In this document: piece after piece, positions 1 through 8,149 of the stretch
Numbering within the stretch: the first letter of the stretch is position 1
How the letters are laid out: every line of letters starts with the position of its first letter
Source of the DNA: a virus
Taxonomy: Duplodnaviria > Caudoviricetes
Virus record (IMG/VR): IMGVR_UViG_3300032097_000023
Location: 1 to 26,843 of that record
Reading direction: 5' to 3' (one strand)
Length of the DNA: 26,843 bases
Translations under genes and position numbers: made by a program
Notes under the pieces: generated by a model
Databases searched by the model: none
Seen by the model: the letters and a program-made list of their open reading frames with translations, nothing else
What the model was told of the DNA's origin: nothing

Positions 1-55
1 TGGCACCAAGAAAGGCGAAAAAGTAGATTATGCAATCATCAAAGACAACGAGCCT
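1..55 (+). repeat. 55-bp exact direct repeat, copy 1 (copy 2 at 25512-25566)
   Basis: tggcaccaagaaaggcgaaaaagtagattatgcaatcatcaaagacaacgagcct is identical at both positions. Confidence 0.97.
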
Positions 56-244
56 GCACTAACTCCAGTCAAGTGTCCTAGATGTAAACATGTGAACGGA
101 CCAACTTCAAAATATTGCGCTTCCTGCAGAATGGCACTGACAACAGAAGCAGCTCATGAAGTAGAAGATGATGAACAGCAGATGATGAGACTCATGAAAG
201 AGTATGTTAAGATGCATCCAGAGATGTTTGGAGAATTCATTTAA
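2..244 (+). CDS. Partial chimeric ORF: nuclease-derived GTKKGEKVDYAIIKDNEP joined to the C-terminal Zn ribbon of a tyrosine integrase-like protein
   Basis: Own translation of 56-244: ALTPVKCPRCKHVNGPTSKYCASCRMALTTEAAHEVEDDEQQMMRLMKEYVKMHPEMFGEFI*. The CPRC-x3-N-x6-C-x2-C tail is typical of Methanosarcinales tyrosine recombinases; no catalytic domain is in the window. Confidence 0.65.
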   Translation, partial: GTKKGEKVDYAIIKDNEPALTPVKCPRCKHVNGPTSKYCASCRMALTTEAAHEVEDDEQQMMRLMKEYVKMHPEMFGEFI

Positions 245-545
245 TAATCGAAGCTGCCAACGCGGAAAAGGGAAGGAGGTAGAGGATGACATCGCTTGGA
301 GTCATGTGTAGAAAAAACGTGTGAACCATTCCACGATGGTAAATCAGGTTTACTTTAGTTTAGTATGCCATCCTCATAATATAAGTTAACAGTATTGCAT
401 ATAAGTGTTGCTATTTTAACAGATGAGAACAAGTAAATTTGTTTCAAAAAAAATGTATATTCACGTCTTTGTATTAAAACTCCCTAATAAAATTCCCATT
501 TAGGAAACTATTTGTACAACGTGTTCCTTTCATAAATTGGTACAT

Positions 546-656
546 ATGAATGAAAAAGCTAGTTCTAACACTGTTAAAATAGTTACAATGGTTTCTCTTT
601 ACCTGATGATGCTGTTTGCTATTGTTGCTGCAGCAGCTATCACTGGGTTCAGGTAG
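546..656 (+). CDS. 36-aa single-pass membrane peptide
   Basis: Own translation MNEKASSNTVKIVTMVSLYLMMLFAIVAAAAITGFR*; one hydrophobic helix; stop abuts the stop of the convergent ORF at 657. Confidence 0.45.
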   Translation: MNEKASSNTVKIVTMVSLYLMMLFAIVAAAAITGFR

Positions 657-1079
657 TTACATAATTACAAATCTGATATCCCATTCATCCAGATCTGCAA
701 AGATCTCATCAGTCTGTGGTTCAATTATCCGGACTTGCTGAGTGACATCGATTGCGATATTGAACGCATGGTATGTTCCGGATGGAGTGTATCCCCAGGC
801 AATGCCAAATGCAAGATCAGAGTCCCATTTAGTAACATCACCCATGAGGATGAATGAAAAATCATCACAATCATGGGCTGTTTTTTTGTACTTTCTTAAA
901 CTGGTGAGATCCTTGCGGAGGAACTTCTGGAGCTGATCAACATCCACCATCTTATAGTTCTGGTCAGAAAATTTGGTATCCTGGACATCACTGAAGAGTT
1001 TGAGGACATCAGGCTTAGATATCCTTGCAGTTGATTTCTGTTGAGGAGTTGGTAGAAAATAACTTAATATTGATATCAT
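657..1079 (-). CDS. Papain/transglutaminase-like cysteine protease (agglutinin-C/MOA-like), candidate lysin
   Basis: Motifs HDCDDFS, YHAFN and IIEPQTD give a Cys-His-Glu triad; last gene of the late operon. Confidence 0.7.
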   Translation of the reverse strand: MISILSYFLPTPQQKSTARISKPDVLKLFSDVQDTKFSDQNYKMVDVDQLQKFLRKDLTSLRKYKKTAHDCDDFSFILMGDVTKWDSDLAFGIAWGYTPSGTYHAFNIAIDVTQQVRIIEPQTDEIFADLDEWDIRFVIM

Positions 1080-1086
1080 CGCACCC

Positions 1087-1962
1087 TCATGTCTTGATAA
1101 TGTAATTCACACCCAGATACGGCTGCATGTTGTTGTGAGCACCATCTCCACCAGTGGAACCAGACGAGGCATTACTGCCACTGCCACAATAATATGGGGC
1201 ATTGGCAGATGAATCCGTATGACCTCCAGCTATTCCGTGCGTGTGAGCAGGCATCTCACCAATTGTAAGTGTATGTGTCTGTTCACCACCAGTATCGCCG
1301 AGAGAAGTTACACCTGAGCCACCGATGCCCACCGGGACATTACCATGCATATTCGGAAGATTGAACGTAGTTGAACCGTTTCCAACTCCATAAGCCGTCC
1401 CGATAGCAGAGAATAGATTTGCATATGTTGTCCTACTTACTGCAGAACCGTCACAAAGCAGATATCCTGCAGGAGCAGATGAACCACCAAAAGGGAATAG
1501 TACACCAGTTGGAACACCTGCACGAGGGCCAATGACTCTTTCTTCTTCGAATAATCTCATATCAGTGATATCTGCAGAAGTGATCTCTGTAACACCTGCC
1601 TGCACATAGATCTCAGCAAGAAGAATGGCATTGTTTCCTTCGAGATCATAATCGTTTGCATATGTTGTACTGCCTGCTGTCCCTGCAATCACAGACACGG
1701 TTCCGGATGAATTGACTACAACAATATCGTATCTGTCATATGTTGCATCAGCTGCAGATACTACCACGTTGGTTGCTGAAACTGTTACTTTCGTATTATT
1801 GATCCAAGCAGATCCTGCAGATACATCCACTGACATGTTATCAGTGCCTGACTTATCACTCACTGCACATCCGGATATAACACCCCACCCTCGTGCTTTG
1901 ACTGCAAGATTGCAGAGGTACACCGGTTCGATTGGATCTCCTCTTGAGATGAATTTTGCCAT
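1087..1962 (-). CDS. Tail fibre protein with phage tail collar domain
   Basis: PTGVLFPFGGSSAPAGYLLCDGSAVSRTTYANLFSAIGTAYGVGNGSTTFNLP collar motif; GGEQTHTLTIGEMPAHTH...HNNMQPYLGVNYIIK tip. Confidence 0.9.
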   Translation of the reverse strand: MAKFISRGDPIEPVYLCNLAVKARGWGVISGCAVSDKSGTDNMSVDVSAGSAWINNTKVTVSATNVVVSAADATYDRYDIVVVNSSGTVSVIAGTAGSTTYANDYDLEGNNAILLAEIYVQAGVTEITSADITDMRLFEEERVIGPRAGVPTGVLFPFGGSSAPAGYLLCDGSAVSRTTYANLFSAIGTAYGVGNGSTTFNLPNMHGNVPVGIGGSGVTSLGDTGGEQTHTLTIGEMPAHTHGIAGGHTDSSANAPYYCGSGSNASSGSTGGDGAHNNMQPYLGVNYIIKT

Positions 1963-1973
1963 TATTTTGCTCC

Positions 1974-2333
1974 TTATATGCTCTGTAAGGTTTGTCTGAT
2001 TCGATACTTCACTGCGAATGATGATGTTTTATTGTAGGGTAAATGTGTGATTCTGATAACGAGATCTCCACCAGATGCAGCATTGAGCAGACCCAGTTCA
2101 GATATTGCATTACCATTTGCATCGGTACTGGCAAGTATCATCTTGTAGTCGATCACTCCTGCAGTGTCTGAGAGTTCCTTTGTGATCGCATTTCTCAATA
2201 CTTCGCTTTCCATTGCAGTATCAGATGCCTGTTCACCGGTGGTTCCAGTGCCAACAGCCATGTGCGATGGTGGAGTGGGGGAATCTTCATTCAGAAATCC
2301 TCTTATCAAATTCAGTCCAACGTCTGTCATCAT
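1974..2333 (-). CDS. Baseplate/tail fibre attachment protein
   Basis: HMAVGTGTTGEQASDTAMESEVLR and ISELGLLNAASGG motifs typical of phage tail-fibre-proximal proteins; position in module. Confidence 0.7.
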   Translation of the reverse strand: MMTDVGLNLIRGFLNEDSPTPPSHMAVGTGTTGEQASDTAMESEVLRNAITKELSDTAGVIDYKMILASTDANGNAISELGLLNAASGGDLVIRITHLPYNKTSSFAVKYRIRQTLQSI

Positions 2334-3799
2334 AGTATCACTGTCTCCGTGTAATATCTCCCAGTTTTCAGCTGTGTGCTACCAACTCCGGAATATCCTC
2401 TTCCACAGAATGAATTGGAAGGGTGGCCTGCAATGTATCCGTCATTGATGTTGACAGCTATAATTTCAATGATCGAATCTGAATGTTGTTCAGTTTCATA
2501 GAAATTCAAAAACTTTGATTGGAGAGCATTCTCATCTATTGAATCTGCCTCTGATACTCTCATAGCAAGGATCACTGACAACAGATAATCTTCAAGTTTC
2601 TTTGCGTACTGTGCAAGTGTCAGATATGCAATGCCTGTTACGATATCTCTTCTTATTTCAGTGACCAGAAACTGACCATCAGCAATGCTCTCGAAATTCT
2701 GCAGTGTGACAAGTTGTCCGGATTTCAAGGTTTCGTAACCAAGGACAGAGATATCTCCGGATTGTACAACCCATGCCTTTTCGTCAAGAGTTGACAGTGC
2801 TTCATTATATGCTGCAGTTTCTGACAGTATGGTTGTATCTATTATAGTGTCCTGTCTGACGACACCATAGTATTCCTGTGATTCCAGATCCTCTACCCGG
2901 ATGGATACCTGGACACCATTGATGGTGGCACCATAAACATCCACACGGTTGACGATATCATAACCTGGTTTTGGGAAGGAGTATTCTATTACAGGATCTT
3001 CGTCCAGATCAATTATGAGTTCGGAGTCCGCATACTGTCGGGGTCTGTAATAGAAATCAAGTGTTTCATCGTGTCCAAATATGTACCCTTCAGAATCGGC
3101 TATTTCCTGAATAGCATCGTATGCAGTAATCCCCTTGTAAAGTTTGATGAACTTTAATGTAGATACCTGGATGCCTGTCCTGGTGACATTGGGACAATAT
3201 TTTTCTGCTAGGTCATCGACAATATCAGATCCTAATTCTCCCACGGTAATTATAGCATTGTCAGCAACTGAATATGAATTTGATAGCACATCAACTGTTA
3301 TTGAGGTGTTAAGAACAACTGCCATAATAGTTGCAGTCTCATCGTTATTGTCGTCCGATACCTTGACTCCATCATCTACTTCAAAACCGGTTGTATCTGC
3401 AACAGACAGAACCACGGAAGATCCTGCAGTAACATCACTTTCAATTGTCTGTTGGATCCCATAGGCTTCAATGATATATTCTCCCTGGAGATCTCCAATG
3501 AAATCAGCACCTTCGATCTCAACGATCCCATCAGATTCCTGTGGATCAATTGATTCCATCCTGCCGTTGAACAGAACATTTTCATCTGTTTGGATTTTGA
3601 CAGTATCATACGTTTCGTAGGTGTCTGAAAGAGTATCGTCTGTATTCTCCAACTGCAGAGTGAAGGTTTTTGCAGCACCTCCCAGGGTATCAATGATTTC
3701 GCCAGTTGACCACCTGGTTGTAATAGCTCCAGCTAAAGTGATCGATTCTTTTTCTTCAACGGTTCCAAAGGTCCATGGGAAATTAGCAGGAAAATACAT
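2330..3799 (-). CDS. Baseplate hub / Tal-like tail protein
   Basis: 489 aa downstream of TMP and Dit-like genes; IVNRVDVYG and ESQEYYGVVRQ hub-like motifs. Confidence 0.7.
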   Translation of the reverse strand: MYFPANFPWTFGTVEEKESITLAGAITTRWSTGEIIDTLGGAAKTFTLQLENTDDTLSDTYETYDTVKIQTDENVLFNGRMESIDPQESDGIVEIEGADFIGDLQGEYIIEAYGIQQTIESDVTAGSSVVLSVADTTGFEVDDGVKVSDDNNDETATIMAVVLNTSITVDVLSNSYSVADNAIITVGELGSDIVDDLAEKYCPNVTRTGIQVSTLKFIKLYKGITAYDAIQEIADSEGYIFGHDETLDFYYRPRQYADSELIIDLDEDPVIEYSFPKPGYDIVNRVDVYGATINGVQVSIRVEDLESQEYYGVVRQDTIIDTTILSETAAYNEALSTLDEKAWVVQSGDISVLGYETLKSGQLVTLQNFESIADGQFLVTEIRRDIVTGIAYLTLAQYAKKLEDYLLSVILAMRVSEADSIDENALQSKFLNFYETEQHSDSIIEIIAVNINDGYIAGHPSNSFCGRGYSGVGSTQLKTGRYYTETVIL

Positions 3800-3805
3800 A
3801 CTTGC

Positions 3806-4621
3806 TCAGGCCTTATATTTTAATCCGAAATAGGATATCCCTATAGTTCTGGCAGTAGTAACCGATGAATTGCCATATGTACCGATACCAGCATACATAT
3901 TGCTTGTTGGAATATTGGTCGTCTCATACTGCTTAGCATTGTTAACGTAGAAGCAAATCTTGTCGATATTTGCGCTTCCTTCAATTCTACACAGCCTTAC
4001 CTCAACTGTATCTCCAGCTTGAAGATTTCTTCCAACCGACAAACCAGTAAGTGCAACCGCTCCACCGTTGTAAGCACAATACCAGTTACCACTTGAATCA
4101 CAGTAAAATATAGCTCTCTGTGCGGATTGGAGGCCACTGAAAGCAGACTGGAATCCGATAACCGTACTTCTTACTCCTCCTGCACCTGTGGCCAGAGCAT
4201 CGATCCTGCAGATCACCGCCAAATAATTACTTGCAATACCAAACTGGGTTTTGTCAATTACACACCTTGCAGCTGCAGTTACTCCAGTAAGTGTACTCAA
4301 AGTCAGCACTCTTGAAGAATAAGAAACACTCCCATTCCCGTCAATTGGATACCAGGAATCAGGGTTGTAAGTACCATCCAAGAAGCCACCATAGAGATTG
4401 TACTCAATTAAACAAGCAGACATGTGCTCATCAACAAGTGTCTTACAAGGATTGTAGATCCCAGCAACACCATTAGTAACAGCTTGATTTCTATAATCAG
4501 CAATGTCGAATCCTACCTCAATTCCCTTGATGTATGCTACCATTGCATTATATTCATCTGCAGTAAGTTTGCCAGCTACAGTCGAACCGGTGTTTTCTAC
4601 TTTTATGTCGTCCCATGCCAT
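3806..4621 (-). CDS. Minor tail protein, beta-rich, possible receptor-binding (lectin-like) domain
   Basis: 271 aa, Gly/Ser/Thr/aromatic-rich beta character, inside the tail module, coupled to neighbours. Confidence 0.55.
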   Translation of the reverse strand: MAWDDIKVENTGSTVAGKLTADEYNAMVAYIKGIEVGFDIADYRNQAVTNGVAGIYNPCKTLVDEHMSACLIEYNLYGGFLDGTYNPDSWYPIDGNGSVSYSSRVLTLSTLTGVTAAARCVIDKTQFGIASNYLAVICRIDALATGAGGVRSTVIGFQSAFSGLQSAQRAIFYCDSSGNWYCAYNGGAVALTGLSVGRNLQAGDTVEVRLCRIEGSANIDKICFYVNNAKQYETTNIPTSNMYAGIGTYGNSSVTTARTIGISYFGLKYKA

Positions 4622-4998
4622 TATGATGCCCTCGTTATTTCCATTTCAACTTCAACGTACCTTAGCGAACCTTCTCCGGATTCCTCTGAACCTATCACCC
4701 TTCGCACAGCTACATTGAAGCTATCAGAACCTTTGACAAAAGTGAATGAACCGTTTGCAGCATTGGTCTCCTCTTTGACCATGTTGAACAGGGTATCGTA
4801 CTGTGCATCCCGGTCTTTGAAGGTGGTATTGACAATGATTAAGTCCCTGGAACGTTTAACGGACTTTGCTATAGGAGTAGAGTTCCTGCCGGATGAAACG
4901 ATTATAAGACCGTCCTCTTTGCTCAGTGTTCTTTTGAAAGATGCACCCGGGCTGAAGAAAACTTGATTCGCACCATCTGTGAGATACCAATCTACCAT
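4621..4998 (-). CDS. Distal tail (Dit-like) protein
   Basis: 125 aa directly after TMP, TAATG overlaps on both sides; assignment by synteny. Confidence 0.55.
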   Translation of the reverse strand: MVDWYLTDGANQVFFSPGASFKRTLSKEDGLIIVSSGRNSTPIAKSVKRSRDLIIVNTTFKDRDAQYDTLFNMVKEETNAANGSFTFVKGSDSFNVAVRRVIGSEESGEGSLRYVEVEMEITRAS

Positions 4999-6248
4999 TA
5001 TGCACCAAGCCTCCTGAGTTCAGCTGCTGAATACTTCCTCACGGATTCCCACACAGTACGGCCATCCAGTTTAACCTCTATCTTTTGATTGAGTTCAACT
5101 GGCTGCTGTGATGTTTTAGAGATTGTCTGCTGGGTCTGCTTTGTGGGAGTGATCGAGCCTGACAGTTTAGGTGTGAACATTTCCGGTCCGTTCTCTCCTA
5201 CAAGATAAGAGAGACCATTCATGACAGGACCACCAAGTGCACGAGCTGAAACCGACTGATTCAAAGAAACTCTGCCATCTGAATCATACTGAGTCTTGTC
5301 TGTTCCACCACTTGAAGAGCTGGAGGAGCCAGAGAATACGCTTGATATCTTCGAGAGAACCTTATTCAAGTAAGTTGTCAGTGAATCAAGCTTTCCAACA
5401 ACGTATTCATAAGCAGTTTTGAATGAATTGATTATGAAGTCTTTAATGGATGTGAACTTTTCAACAGTGGTATCGTAAAAATACCCCATTACCTGCAGAT
5501 AGAACTTCCAGTATGCAAGCAGCACATCTTTGATAGTGCCAATTACCCACCTAATTACTCCTTTGACTTTCTCCCAGGTAGTCTTATTCTCATCCTGGAG
5601 GATATCCATGAGTGATGTCCAGCGTTCTTTTAACCAGGAGATGACTGAGTATGCAATGTCACGGATGCCCAGGAAGTTGGTCTGCCATGCTGTATAGAGA
5701 AGTGCAATTGCTAAAACAGCAGCACCGATGATAATAATAGCACCGCTTAGTGTGAGACCTATCGCTTCAAGCGCAGTGAGAACAGCTGGACCAACCAATA
5801 TGACCCCAGCAAATGCAGCAGCCAAAGCGCCAACAACAATCACTCCGAGAGCAAGTCCGGCTATGAATGTTTTTGTGGTGGGTGAAAGTTCATTGAACCA
5901 GTCGGCAATTTTCCAGAGTATATTCTCAAGAGTCTCAAACACTGGTGCAAGCTCCTCACCAATTACCATGAAGATCTCCTCAAAAGCTAACTGAATACCT
6001 TTGAGTGCAGCCATCACAGAAGGAGAACTCTTTGCGATCAACCCGAATGCAATGGTTCCGGATGCTGCAACCAGGCTCAAAACAGAAGCCCAGCGTTTTC
6101 CCATCTTCTCAAGAGGAGGAACACTACGCTTGGCCTCATCACCGGCTTTCTTGGTGGATGTCTGCATACCTTCCATCTGTTTTCGGGCTTCTTTCGCTCC
6201 TTCGGCTTTGATCTGTACCAGAAGGGATCCGAGTACACCTAAGTTCAT
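4998..6248 (-). CDS. Tape measure protein
   Basis: Ala/Gly-rich helical protein with hydrophobic segments, W-spaced repeats and the RALGGPV...YLVGENGPEMFTP motif; follows the chaperone genes. Confidence 0.88.
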   Translation of the reverse strand: MNLGVLGSLLVQIKAEGAKEARKQMEGMQTSTKKAGDEAKRSVPPLEKMGKRWASVLSLVAASGTIAFGLIAKSSPSVMAALKGIQLAFEEIFMVIGEELAPVFETLENILWKIADWFNELSPTTKTFIAGLALGVIVVGALAAAFAGVILVGPAVLTALEAIGLTLSGAIIIIGAAVLAIALLYTAWQTNFLGIRDIAYSVISWLKERWTSLMDILQDENKTTWEKVKGVIRWVIGTIKDVLLAYWKFYLQVMGYFYDTTVEKFTSIKDFIINSFKTAYEYVVGKLDSLTTYLNKVLSKISSVFSGSSSSSSGGTDKTQYDSDGRVSLNQSVSARALGGPVMNGLSYLVGENGPEMFTPKLSGSITPTKQTQQTISKTSQQPVELNQKIEVKLDGRTVWESVRKYSAAELRRLGA

Positions 6249-6389
6249 TTCATCCTCCGTGCTCGTTCACTCAATGATTCGTTCATGAATATCCAGTCTG
6301 CATTTGAGAGAGATCTCAACTCACTTGGTGGCCTTCGCAGGATCTCCACGATTTCGAGAAGTCTTTGCCCTTCGTCCATCCTTGCGAAA
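6245..6389 (-). CDS. +1 frameshift extension of the tail assembly chaperone (GT-like product)
   Basis: The +1 frame after TCG TTT CGC reads F-ARMDEGQRLLEIVEILRRPPSELRSLSNADWIFMNESLSERARRMK and ends in an ATGA overlap with TMP. Confidence 0.65.
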
Positions 6390-6848
6390 CGATTTGATAT
6401 CTTCTTCCATCTCGTCCTGCTGGGTGACGGTGTGTTTGACCAATTCAATGATTATCCGTGCAGCGATCACATCCGGAACCTGTCCGGATTTCCATACCTC
6501 AAAAGGAATCTTTGGTTCAACTGTCAGGTTCTCAAGAATCCTACACAGCCTGTCCTCTTCTTCCTCGGTTGTTTCCTCTCCCTTCTCGGCTGCCTGGCTG
6601 ATTCTCATCAGATCCTTCATTGTCTTCTGTGGTGGGTTGGCTTTGACCTTGAGTATAGCTTCACCTGCTGAACTTGAGAATGGTATTTCGATCAGTTCGT
6701 GTTCAGTTACATCGAGCAAGTGCTGAAGGGCACTGGATACGACTGATTTTCTCTCGTTCTCGAACTGCTCTACATCCTGCTGGAGTTCTGCCTCGGTCTG
6801 TCTGTTCAGCTCATCAGCTTCTTGCGGAGTAAGATTATCCAGGCTCAT
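6321..6848 (-). CDS. Tail assembly chaperone (G-like)
   Basis: Acidic 175-aa protein between tail tube and TMP with an overlapping downstream frame. Confidence 0.75.
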   Translation of the reverse strand: MSLDNLTPQEADELNRQTEAELQQDVEQFENERKSVVSSALQHLLDVTEHELIEIPFSSSAGEAILKVKANPPQKTMKDLMRISQAAEKGEETTEEEEDRLCRILENLTVEPKIPFEVWKSGQVPDVIAARIIIELVKHTVTQQDEMEEDIKSFRKDGRRAKTSRNRGDPAKATK

Positions 6849-7342
6849 GCTGTGACATATCCTGTGTACATCTTGTCTCCATATCCAGTCAGATCTACCT
6901 GGGAGTACTCTCCATCCGGAGCAGTCCAGGGAGCATTCTCCCAGTAGATGTTTGTGACTTTGACAGGATACTCTTCACCGTTCTTGCCAGTGACAGTTCC
7001 CCATATATCGAATAATGGAACAGTATTGCTGTCCGTGATCTCTGCCATTGTGTTCCCGGAAGAAGTAGCGCCGTCAATATCCTGATCAGCATTCTCAGTT
7101 CCAAGGATCTTCCCAATAACATTAGGATGGAACTTTGCGAACTTTGCATTGACAGATACTTTCACATTCTTCCTGGCAACATCTTCACGGAACACTGTGT
7201 CCTGTCCATACAGTTCGACATGCTCCCATTCGGTCTTTATTTCTACTCCTTTCAGGATACCAACAGTGAGAGTCACTGGGGATGTTTCTGCAGTCTTGTA
7301 GACAACTGTAAGAGTGTCTCCAAAAAACGATGTTTGTGCCAT
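6845..7342 (-). CDS. Major tail tube protein
   Basis: 165 aa, beta-rich, immediately upstream of TAC and TMP; no sheath gene present. Confidence 0.75.
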   Translation of the reverse strand: MAQTSFFGDTLTVVYKTAETSPVTLTVGILKGVEIKTEWEHVELYGQDTVFREDVARKNVKVSVNAKFAKFHPNVIGKILGTENADQDIDGATSSGNTMAEITDSNTVPLFDIWGTVTGKNGEEYPVKVTNIYWENAPWTAPDGEYSQVDLTGYGDKMYTGYVTA

Positions 7343-7348
7343 TTGTTA

Positions 7349-7624
7349 TCACTCCTTATGCATTACCCAATTATCTGAGAACAGGTCCAGTTGTGAAGGT
7401 GTCCACGGTGCAATCATTCCCTGAGCATCTTTCATTGCAAGATATGGTCTGACTTTGACCAATGTGCCAGGTGAAACGTTGTGAGCAACAGAAGTGTTTG
7501 TGTTTGCAGGCACTCCCTCCTCGTATCCGGGCATTGTTGTGACATACATACCCTTCCCATTCCAGTTTTTGTTCGTTACTCGATACCCGTTTTTCAGGTA
7601 TTCTAATGCTTTTGAAAAGTCCAT
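7349..7624 (-). CDS. tad2: DUF2829 / Tad2-family protein (Thoeris/CBASS signal sponge homolog)
   Basis: MDFSKALEYLKNGYRV..NWNGKGMYV ... PYLAMKDAQG..APWTPSQLDLFSDNW matches the DUF2829 signature F..AL..LK.G..V.R..WNGKGM...PY..MK......PW..SQ.D..A.DW. Confidence 0.85.
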   Translation of the reverse strand: MDFSKALEYLKNGYRVTNKNWNGKGMYVTTMPGYEEGVPANTNTSVAHNVSPGTLVKVRPYLAMKDAQGMIAPWTPSQLDLFSDNWVMHKE

Positions 7625-7627
7625 ATT

Positions 7628-8038
7628 CTAGAGTTCCTCCAGATCTTGATGAATAGCAACGTCAATCACTCGCCTGCTCAGACCTCTTGTCCTGTCGCTC
7701 AGGTCCTGATCTCTGACCATGTATAGTCTATCATACCCAACTGCAGGTGAGATGTATTTAGATTCGATAATACGCTTGACCTCGGTAACGTGCAGGTCAA
7801 AACGTGTCTTCAAAATAGAACGTATGTCAATTGATATGGTCCAGGAATGGTCAAAAGTCTTAATTCCGGAATGTGTGATAGGTCCTGCACCAGTGTTGTA
7901 TGTCAGTATGAAATCGCCCTGTCTAACGTCAACGTTCCCGCGGTTAACGATAGTATCAATAATTGGTGTAACTCCGCCAGTGTTCGAACTGTTCCAGTTG
8001 TCACTTAGCAGAGCTGTGATTATATCGGCTTCTTTCAT
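7628..8038 (-). CDS. Tail terminator / completion protein
   Basis: 136 aa upstream of the tail tube; ISIDIRS and RRVIDVAI strands typical of this fold; ends in TAG. Confidence 0.65.
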   Translation of the reverse strand: MKEADIITALLSDNWNSSNTGGVTPIIDTIVNRGNVDVRQGDFILTYNTGAGPITHSGIKTFDHSWTISIDIRSILKTRFDLHVTEVKRIIESKYISPAVGYDRLYMVRDQDLSDRTRGLSRRVIDVAIHQDLEEL

Positions 8039-8057
8039 TACTGACTCACTAAAGACA

Positions 8058-8084
8058 AAAAGAAGCAGTTGGTTTGTTTAAAAA
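8058..8084 (-). promoter_or_regulatory. Conserved 27-bp putative late promoter, copy A (tail operon)
   Basis: Minus strand TTTTTAAACAAACCAACTGCTTCTTTT; 26/27 identical to copies B and C; 19 nt before the ATG at 8038. Confidence 0.8.
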
Positions 8085-8149
8085 CTTTACTGAAAAACAG
8101 TTGAAATAATCATAACCCGATTTTTGACTGTAAACTATGGAATAGAATG

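Noticed and set aside
1-55. 55-bp repeat as attL/attR or a terminal repeat
   Set aside because: The second copy lies inside an intact gene and viral sequence continues about 1 kb past it to a better att candidate (tRNA fragment)
107-292. 61-aa minus-strand ORF from the track
   Set aside because: Antisense to the integrase-like C-terminus, which has the recognisable motif
268-325. Strong SD-like GGAAGGAGGT with a 12-codon ORF, or a second anti-SD sRNA on the minus strand
   Set aside because: ORF is too short to support and the stems are weak; not distinguishable from chance without expression data
1087-4621. Diversity-generating retroelement or invertible tail-fibre cassette
   Set aside because: No reverse transcriptase or invertase seen, and no template/variable repeat pair noticed by eye
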